A DNA stretch of 64,000 nucleotides, taken from a virus. Below the pieces are notes generated by a model that was given only the letters and a program-made list of their open reading frames with translations, did not search any database and was not told where the DNA came from. The first letter of the stretch is position 1. Each line of letters begins with the position of its first letter. The translations under genes were made by a program, and so were the position numbers. Shown in pieces: positions 58,473 through 64,000 of this stretch. Location: the IMG/VR virus record IMGVR_UViG_3300042294_002813, positions 9,161 through 73,160 of that record; one strand, written 5' to 3'.

Positions 58473-59077
58473 GGAAAAAACTCACTTTTCAGAATCTTTT
58501 TCATGTTCTTCAAATCAACTCGCTGCAAAACAAATGGAGCATATTTCTCGCACTTGATTGCAAACTTTGGCCAAATGATCTCATCATTTATTTTTCTTTT
58601 CCACATGGGGAGAAAATCGATGACACCATTTAGAATGACAAATGTCTCCATGGAAATTTCATTTCTCATGACCATTGTCAGTAACGGAGGATAAGAATCG
58701 CCAGGGACAAAAGCACGATCCAAAAAAACACCGTGTTCGTGCGACCAATCCAAAAGCTTTTTCAAGTCCTGCTTGAAATTATATGTGAGCGACTCCAGTC
58801 TCTTTTGATATTCGACTAGATTATCTGCAGCTTCTGGCTCAAGCAAATTCATTGACCACAACGAATCATTCTTGAGAATGTTCGCCAGAGTCAGGGAGAT
58901 AAATTGATCACGATCATACTCTTTCGCCAATCGATAAAATGCAAATCTATCGCGACGAGAAAGAAAAGCTTTCTCCGAAATCTTTACTCTACTCTTGAAA
59001 AAGTCAAATGACTGACGAGTAAAGTGAAGCTTGATCGAATGAAATAGCTTGTATGCTTCTAGAGCAACAATTTTCAT
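58469..59077 (-). CDS. 59: gp59 helicase loader
   Basis: AYK....IKLHF....FDFF, F..R.DR..F..LA, Y.FKQD, ISMET..IL, KY.PF; synteny gp33-gp59-gp32. Confidence 0.88.
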   Translation of the reverse strand: MKIVALEAYKLFHSIKLHFTRQSFDFFKSRVKISEKAFLSRRDRFAFYRLAKEYDRDQFISLTLANILKNDSLWSMNLLEPEAADNLVEYQKRLESLTYNFKQDLKKLLDWSHEHGVFLDRAFVPGDSYPPLLTMVMRNEISMETFVILNGVIDFLPMWKRKINDEIIWPKFAIKCEKYAPFVLQRVDLKNMKKILKSEFFP

Positions 59078-59295
59078 ACTGGCAATGTATTGCTTTTGGG
59101 TAAAAGATTGAGCTGTGACGCATCATATGCAATCTTGGCCTTCAATGATTGATTGATCAGATTTGTAACTGACTCAATCTCCAAAGAATTGATCTCGCAA
59201 AAATGCGTCACAGCATCAATATAGTTTAGATCCTTTTCCTTGACTATCTGCTCAATAGTCTTGGCAAAGGATAGCATTTCATCTTTTGTTGGCAT
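59074..59295 (-). CDS. 33: gp33 late-promoter transcription co-activator
   Basis: F...IE..V.....YIDAV..FCE...LE.E....LI...LK.KI..DA..LN.LP. Confidence 0.9.
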   Translation of the reverse strand: MPTKDEMLSFAKTIEQIVKEKDLNYIDAVTHFCEINSLEIESVTNLINQSLKAKIAYDASQLNLLPKSNTLPV

Positions 59296-59906
59296 TACAT
59301 GGACCTCAAACGATAGAATATATGATCATCAATACGAACGGTGCGTTCAACTTTCTTCCACTTTGACCAATCAGGTCTCACATAATGAGCATGAAAGAAG
59401 ACTGCACCCTTCGTTATATCTTCAATGTCATTATACTCTATGAGAAGTTCATTTGCAAGAGCAATCGCCTCAGCCCATGCAATTTTTTCGTTCTCGTTCG
59501 TTAGCTTGTAGAGGTTTCTTTTACCCTTACCTTCACAGACCCAAGAGAATTGACAACCCTGATAGACAACGCCACAGATGGAGTCTTTCCACAGACCAGC
59601 ATTGACACGATTGATTACAACGTATCCTACAGCGACTTTTCCATCAAGAGATTGGTTGCGAGCCTCCCAATATATGGCTTTGGCTAAACACTCCCTCTCT
59701 TTAGGATCGACGTTGACTACTTTTGTCTCCTGCTCATCGGGCAATGGTTCATCTGGAACAAATGATAGCAACAAATGCTCGTATTCGTAAATCCTTTCAT
59801 ATCCAGGAATTTGCGCTACAGCATTTGTTGTTGTATCATATGGATACAGTCTTGCACCAAAGAACCCGATGAGTAGGAATATTCCTACCATCAGAGTTTT
59901 ATACAT
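59295..59906 (-). CDS. SleB-like cell wall hydrolase with N-terminal membrane anchor or signal
   Basis: CLAKAIYWEARNQ, AVGYVVINRV, ICGVVYQ..QFSW, T.GA.FFHA.YV.P.W, IDDHIFY. Confidence 0.9.
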   Translation of the reverse strand: MYKTLMVGIFLLIGFFGARLYPYDTTTNAVAQIPGYERIYEYEHLLLSFVPDEPLPDEQETKVVNVDPKERECLAKAIYWEARNQSLDGKVAVGYVVINRVNAGLWKDSICGVVYQGCQFSWVCEGKGKRNLYKLTNENEKIAWAEAIALANELLIEYNDIEDITKGAVFFHAHYVRPDWSKWKKVERTVRIDDHIFYRLRSM

Positions 59907-60094
59907 CAGTCGAAATCTCGTGTTGCCACATAAGAAACATGGTTGGAACTTCCGTATTGTCCATACGAAAGCTTATATACTCCACGATGCTTCTTTGCTC
60001 GTTTCAAATCAACCGAACGCAAATTCTTGAACGTGCATTCGTTATCGGTTGCATAAGAAAGGGGTTTCATAACATAACAAGATACTTCACTCAT
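59906..60094 (-). CDS. Small hypothetical protein
   Basis: 62 aa, AGGAGG RBS, stop overlaps the next start. Confidence 0.65.
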   Translation of the reverse strand: MSEVSCYVMKPLSYATDNECTFKNLRSVDLKRAKKHRGVYKLSYGQYGSSNHVSYVATRDFD

Positions 60095-60117
60095 CGATAC
60101 CTCCTACGATTGATGAA

Positions 60118-60422
60118 AGTGGTGGGATTCTGTTGCCAGGTCCCCACCGAACCCCGTTCAGGCAGCTAGTGCCATCTCAGATGCGTAATTATCGTTTGCA
60201 TCTATTGTTTTGGACTAATTGTCGGTCGTTCCTTACCGATTACCTCCGCAACCTTTACACTTCTGTCGAATCCCTTTCACCCCCATTAGCCAACACACTT
60301 AATCCCTCACTTTTGGGGTTTCTCAAGCAGCTGCTTGGGTTACGGCCCTAGTGTGTTGACTGGTGGAGGTGGCGGCATTGAAGCCGCGTCCAGACAGTTT
60401 ATTACGTTGTTATCAACAGTAA
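60118..60422 (-). ncRNA. ssrA: Two-piece (circularly permuted) tmRNA
   Basis: Transcript order: acceptor piece ending GGAC-GCGGC-TTCAAT-GCCGC-CACCTCC-ACCA (CCA at 60363-61); 76-nt intervening segment; coding piece starting GGGGGTG-AAAGGGATTCGAC at 60284. The 7-bp acceptor stem has G3.U70. Tag frame 60199-60158 reads ANDNYASEMALAA*. Outer ends are approximate. Confidence 0.93.
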
Positions 60423-60428
60423 TATCGT

Positions 60429-60457
60429 ATTATATTACATTATTTAGTGCTTGTCAA
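60429..60457 (-). promoter_or_regulatory. Consensus sigma70 promoter for the tmRNA
   Basis: TTGACA(60457-52)-17 nt-TATAAT(60434-29); the spacer also contains late-like CTAAATA. Confidence 0.85.
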
Positions 60458-61096
60458 CAAAGAAATGAATTGAGTCTTGTACTTAGTCAAATTTGCAGGA
60501 ATGCAGCTAGATTCAGTTTCTGCCGATGCAAATAACAATACCCCCAAATCAATTTTTACGCCAGTTCTTTCTTCATATGCCAAAGAATATGCCGACAACT
60601 GCATGAAATATTTCTTGACCTTATCCATGCTGGAATCAGCTTCCGACTTGGTCGTCTTGAAATCAATGATCGCCGGATATCCATCAAATGTACCTATTGC
60701 ATCACATCTTCCTGCAAACTTATATTGATCAGAATATAAAGGCGCTTCAACGGCGTATACTTCATCAATTCGATCAATATGTTTTCTTAACTCAAGAAAC
60801 ATAAATGAAACATCTGGCATATGACCGCGCGTAGGCTTTTCTTCATTGAGCAAATATCGCTCACAGACTTGATGAAGATTTTTTCCGCGTCGAGCTGATA
60901 CGCCAGATACTCGCTTGGCTTCTTCTTCTCCAACTCTATTTTGCCATTCTTTCAAACTCTCGTTTGGCAATCGTGACAAAATAGTAGTGACGGAAGGATA
61001 CACATTTCCCTCTGGAGTTCTATAATGCCTCCTTCCGTCAATATACTCTTCCTCAAGATTTGGAAGATTCACAAATGAATGATGAAACTTTTTCAT
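60440..61096 (-). CDS. PD-(D/E)XK-family exonuclease
   Basis: R.Y.TPEG..YPSVTTIL, RG...H...E, E.PLYS....AGR.D, IIDFKT, Y.MQL.AY. Confidence 0.88.
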   Translation of the reverse strand: MKKFHHSFVNLPNLEEEYIDGRRHYRTPEGNVYPSVTTILSRLPNESLKEWQNRVGEEEAKRVSGVSARRGKNLHQVCERYLLNEEKPTRGHMPDVSFMFLELRKHIDRIDEVYAVEAPLYSDQYKFAGRCDAIGTFDGYPAIIDFKTTKSEADSSMDKVKKYFMQLSAYSLAYEERTGVKIDLGVLLFASAETESSCIPANLTKYKTQFISLLTSTK

Positions 61097-61257
61097 TAAC
61101 TTATAAGCTTTACCAGAAAATTAAAAATGATCCCGCCCATGACGATTGTGGTGATCACACACATCCATGCATTGAATGCATTGGGCCAAGTGAGTATGAT
61201 CTTTCTCATTAGACGCATGATCATCCAAATGATCGCAGGTGCAGCATAAATCAACAT
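61096..61257 (-). CDS. Small membrane protein (53 aa, two hydrophobic segments; not in ORF track)
   Basis: MLIYAAPAIIWMIMRLMRKIILTWPNAFNAWMCVITTIVMGGIIFNFLVKLIS; fills the phoH-exonuclease gap with TAATG coupling. Confidence 0.6.
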   Translation of the reverse strand: MLIYAAPAIIWMIMRLMRKIILTWPNAFNAWMCVITTIVMGGIIFNFLVKLIS

Positions 61258-61258
61258 A

Positions 61259-61957
61259 TCAAACGTATCCTAACTCCAGTTTAGAGATGATGTAGGATTT
61301 TACCAATGCACTACGCACGATATCTTCCTTACCAAACTCAATTTTTTCAAAGCAAGACATTTTATCAAGAATATTCATGAATGTCAAGAGTCCTCTGCGT
61401 TCTTCATGCTTTGCCAAATCAGTCTGACGAAAATCTCCGCAGAACACGATACGACAATTGTTACCAACACGAGTCATGACAGTATCCAACTCTTGTTGAA
61501 TCATGTTTTGACATTCATCGACAATGATGATTGCATCATTGAATGTAACTCCGCGCAAGAATGAAGTCGTGGTAAAATCCAACATGCGCTTCATCTTGAG
61601 TATATCATAGCCATCGCCACGACCAAATAAATCATCGCAAATCATCTTGTATGGCTCTTCATACACTTTTGCTTTTTCCTTTGCGGAGCCTGGCAGAAAT
61701 CCCATATCGCGAGAAGGAACTACGCTGCGTATGACGACAATGTGTTTGTATCTGGATTTGTTTAGAACTTCATTTAGTGCCAGATATAGAGAGATGTATG
61801 TTTTACCTGTTCCGGCAACGCCGTGTAGAAGAAGATGTTTGCCTTGCTCAAAGGCCTTGAATGTTGATGATTGATTTAGTGTTAGTGGTGATATTGTTCG
61901 TAGAGAGAAATGATTTTGTTGCTGTTGTTGATTTAACTTCTTCTTTTTCTTTGACAT
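61259..61957 (-). CDS. phoH: PhoH-like ATPase
   Basis: GVAGTGKT, RS.V..RDMGFLPG, FLRGVTF, IIVDECQN, GD..Q.DL, DIVRS.LV. Confidence 0.95.
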   Translation of the reverse strand: MSKKKKKLNQQQQQNHFSLRTISPLTLNQSSTFKAFEQGKHLLLHGVAGTGKTYISLYLALNEVLNKSRYKHIVVIRSVVPSRDMGFLPGSAKEKAKVYEEPYKMICDDLFGRGDGYDILKMKRMLDFTTTSFLRGVTFNDAIIIVDECQNMIQQELDTVMTRVGNNCRIVFCGDFRQTDLAKHEERRGLLTFMNILDKMSCFEKIEFGKEDIVRSALVKSYIISKLELGYV

Positions 61958-61976
61958 GTACGCCTCTCTGAAATGA

Positions 61977-62012
61977 CAAAGAGGACCTTGCGTTTTCGCG
62001 AGATCCTCTTTG
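61977..62012 (-). other. Strong hairpin upstream of phoH (terminator or attenuator candidate)
   Basis: CAAAGAGGATCTCGCG-AAAA-CGCAAGGTCCTCTTTG: 16-position stem with one mismatch and one G.U; weak U-tract. Confidence 0.55.
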
Positions 62013-62057
62013 CGTGTTGAATACTGTTTTATACACGGGAGAAATGGGACTAATCAC

Positions 62058-62318
62058 TCACCACTCTCTTGGAATGTTGAATTTCGAAGTCTTCAGATTA
62101 TTGCCATGAACTTTTTCCTTCATGCGACCAATAACTCCTTTTTGAAAATCTGCTGGCGGCTTGGTGATTCCTAGACGAACCGAATCACCTAAAGTCATTC
62201 TGGTGACAGCCTGCTTGATATGTTTGTTCTTTTTGAGATACTTTTCCATGTCTGCAATAGACATCTGCATCTCAAATGTTTCACCAGTTTCTTCATTGAT
62301 AAAATCATACGTTGGCAT
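62058..62318 (-). CDS. FmdB-like small protein (MPTYDF start, Cys-less)
   Basis: MPTYDF....TGE.FE..MSI...Y pattern. Confidence 0.7.
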   Translation of the reverse strand: MPTYDFINEETGETFEMQMSIADMEKYLKKNKHIKQAVTRMTLGDSVRLGITKPPADFQKGVIGRMKEKVHGNNLKTSKFNIPREW

Positions 62319-62350
62319 AATATAATCCTGGTTTGAGGTTGAACATACTC

Positions 62351-62920
62351 TTATTTAGTAAACCAAGACGGTACATCACGATTCTTCCATGATGCCATAC
62401 GAGCCTTAGCACCACGGTAATAATTGTGATATGACGCAATGCTGTCGCCAGTAACCTTGTACTCATCTGGCATTGCAGGTGTCGGCTCCGTGAATCCCTT
62501 ATGAGGAAAATCCTTCATGGGAGGAGTCGCAAGATGACGAGCAACAATTTCGCACTTGTGATCCTTACCATATCGATACTTGTATTCATTGATAAGGGCA
62601 AATGTTAGATCCGACAACCAAACATAGTTCTCCAATGACTGACGAACCCACACAGCCGACGGATGATTTACATGCGTAGCCTGATAGATGATCTTGTCAG
62701 CTTCTGGATGATCTTCCAGCACCCATCGCTTGATATTACGAAAACGTGCCGGATGCAATGATCCTGCAACATATCGTTTTTCAATTGTTGGAACACCGTC
62801 AATCAAACGACGAGCCGTAGAAAGCAACTGACAGCTTTCCAGAATCATCTTGACTACATGTTTGTCCACATGCCATTGGGCACACTGAGCATGATCGTGA
62901 GAAAGATAAAAGATATTCAT
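62351..62920 (-). CDS. Pyrimidine-dimer DNA glycosylase (DenV-like family)
   Basis: MNIFYL......AQ.H.DKHVVKMILES.QLLST, H.NHPS.VW.R, EY..RY.K.H, AMPD.YK, SY..YY...K. Confidence 0.85.
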   Translation of the reverse strand: MNIFYLSHDHAQCAQWHVDKHVVKMILESCQLLSTARRLIDGVPTIEKRYVAGSLHPARFRNIKRWVLEDHPEADKIIYQATHVNHPSAVWVRQSLENYVWLSDLTFALINEYKYRYGKDHKCEIVARHLATPPMKDFPHKGFTEPTPAMPDEYKVTGDSIASYHNYYRGAKARMASWKNRDVPSWFTK

Positions 62921-62923
62921 GAT

Positions 62924-62931
62924 TATAAATA
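62924..62931 (+). promoter_or_regulatory. T4-type late promoter TATAAATA for dps
   Basis: Exact consensus 18 nt upstream of the dps ATG. Confidence 0.7.
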
Positions 62932-62949
62932 TATCATACCTCTAGAGGA

Positions 62950-63519
62950 ATGTCAACTATGTCCGAAAATGAAAATGTGATTCAAGAAGAAGTCCAAGAT
63001 ACAACAGAAACTGTTCTAAATGAGGAACTTCTGGAAGAACAATTGGGCAAACCAGATCTTGTGCGTACAATGCACATTGTACTAGCAAATACATTCAGCA
63101 TGTATCTTCTCGCACACAAGTATCATTGGAATGTTGAAGGTCCATTCTTTTCAGCCTATCATGATTTCTTCTCCAAGGTCTATGTGCAACTGTTTGAAGA
63201 AGTCGATACTGCTGCCGAACAAATTCGCGCACTTGGTTCATATGCACCAGGAACAATGAAGGAATTTGAATCGCTATCGACAATGTCGGACACGGCAGAA
63301 ATTCCTGGATCAAAAAATATGTTCGCTCGTCTGCTAGCCGCTAATTCCGCATTGGTCGATTCAATCAATGCAGCAAGAGGGCTAGCAGAACGCGAAGACA
63401 ATTACGGTCTCGTCAATTACTTGGAAGACCGCCTTGATAAACATGCAAAACTAGCATGGATGATCAAGAGCCATATGGTTGGTCAAGAACGCACAATGGG
63501 TATGCGACCAACCGACTAA
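62950..63519 (+). CDS. dps: Dps-family ferritin-like protein
   Basis: H.YHWNVEG..F...H..F...Y......D..AE.IRALG ferroxidase motifs; K..WM..S end. Confidence 0.93.
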   Translation: MSTMSENENVIQEEVQDTTETVLNEELLEEQLGKPDLVRTMHIVLANTFSMYLLAHKYHWNVEGPFFSAYHDFFSKVYVQLFEEVDTAAEQIRALGSYAPGTMKEFESLSTMSDTAEIPGSKNMFARLLAANSALVDSINAARGLAEREDNYGLVNYLEDRLDKHAKLAWMIKSHMVGQERTMGMRPTD

Positions 63520-63813
63520 TTACTTGGTATCTTTAGTTGGTGTCACAGACACATACTTGTCTTCTGTGGAATCCTTATTGACAATCATTGAATCATCAAT
63601 CGTCAATTCACTATCGTCAAGTTCATCAAACTCTGAATCATCATACTCCTTGACGATCTCAAGACTCTCTACCCAGGTAAATCCTACTGCGCGCATGAAC
63701 TGAGCAAGATGCCATGTGACATTGTCAGCCAGATCGGACTGAAACTCATACGTCACAGTAGCTGCCATATCGTCGGCAGTATCATCAACAGACTTTAGAA
63801 TATACTTGACCAT
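63520..63813 (-). CDS. Hypothetical acidic protein
   Basis: 97 aa, AAAGG RBS; EF....L......QFMRAVGF pattern. Confidence 0.7.
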   Translation of the reverse strand: MVKYILKSVDDTADDMAATVTYEFQSDLADNVTWHLAQFMRAVGFTWVESLEIVKEYDDSEFDELDDSELTIDDSMIVNKDSTEDKYVSVTPTKDTK

Positions 63814-63825
63814 GATATAAACCTT

Positions 63826-64000
63826 TCATTTCATTGGTGTTAGTGTAAGAGCATTTTTACGCACAAGCTCTCTCTGTGCCTTCGTCAATGGCACAAGACC
63901 CTTTTTCTCAAGGTATCCATTCTCAGCCATGGAACGATCTGAAACATACTCAGCTATGAAATCTCTAATGCCAGGAATAACTTCAGCATGAGCATTCTTG
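63826..64000 (-). CDS. pstS: PstS phosphate-binding protein, C-terminal part (start outside the window)
   Basis: Hand translation KNAHAEVIPGIRDFIAEYVSDRSMAENGYLEKKGLVPLTKAQRELVRKNALTLTPMK*, matching the K..H..VIPG..EF..EY.......GYL..KGL.PL end of alphaproteobacterial-type PstS. Confidence 0.72.
   Translation of the reverse strand, partial: KNAHAEVIPGIRDFIAEYVSDRSMAENGYLEKKGLVPLTKAQRELVRKNALTLTPMK

Noticed and set aside
60361-60430. Stand-alone tRNA gene
   Set aside because: Only the T-arm and acceptor 3' strand are present; the pairing 5' strand lies downstream with a tag frame, which indicates a permuted tmRNA.
59939-60535. Plus-strand ORFs 59939-60169, 60133-60351 and 60335-60535
   Set aside because: Shadow frames antisense to the tmRNA and flanking genes, with no recognisable motifs.
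1-64000. Alternative genetic code or stop-codon reassignment
   Set aside because: Core genes are full length under the standard code, and TAA, TGA and TAG all end genes normally.

Overview
This is a gene-dense, AT-rich 64-kb segment of a T4-like myovirus with cyanophage/pelagiphage-like gene order. It carries recombination and late-transcription genes (gp46, gp47, gp55, uvsW, uvsY, gp32, gp59, gp33), head and packaging genes (gp23-gp20, gp17, gp16), and neck, tail and baseplate genes (gp3, gp19, gp18, gp15, gp14, gp13, gp8, gp7, gp6, gp25, PAAR, gp5, gp27-like, gp53, gp48, gp4, gp2, gp54-like, gp26, gp51). It also holds a modular tail-fibre region, a free-standing GIY-YIG homing endonuclease, and host-like genes (peptide deformylase, PhoH, PstS, Dps, DenV-like glycosylase, 2OG-Fe(II) oxygenase, SleB-like hydrolase). 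Six features stand out, most not visible in the ORF track. (1) A complete two-piece, circularly permuted tmRNA with tag ANDNYASEMALAA and a consensus sigma70 promoter suggests an alphaproteobacterial host. (2) A T-TTT-TTC -1 slippery site would fuse gp26 to gp51, like lambda gpG/gpGT, directly upstream of a glucosaminidase-bearing tape-measure-position gene. (3) A tandem family of gp67-like leaders is fused to disordered cargo with L/V-N-E protease-type sites, next to a protein with a T4-style capsid-targeting N-terminus. (4) The fibre locus has a modular fibre/Gly-rich adhesin system with a deleted-adhesin scar. (5) A PP-loop enzyme and a 2OG oxygenase are embedded among the fibre genes. (6) A Dps with an acidic leader sits behind a late promoter. 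All product calls come from motif recognition and synteny; no database searches were run.
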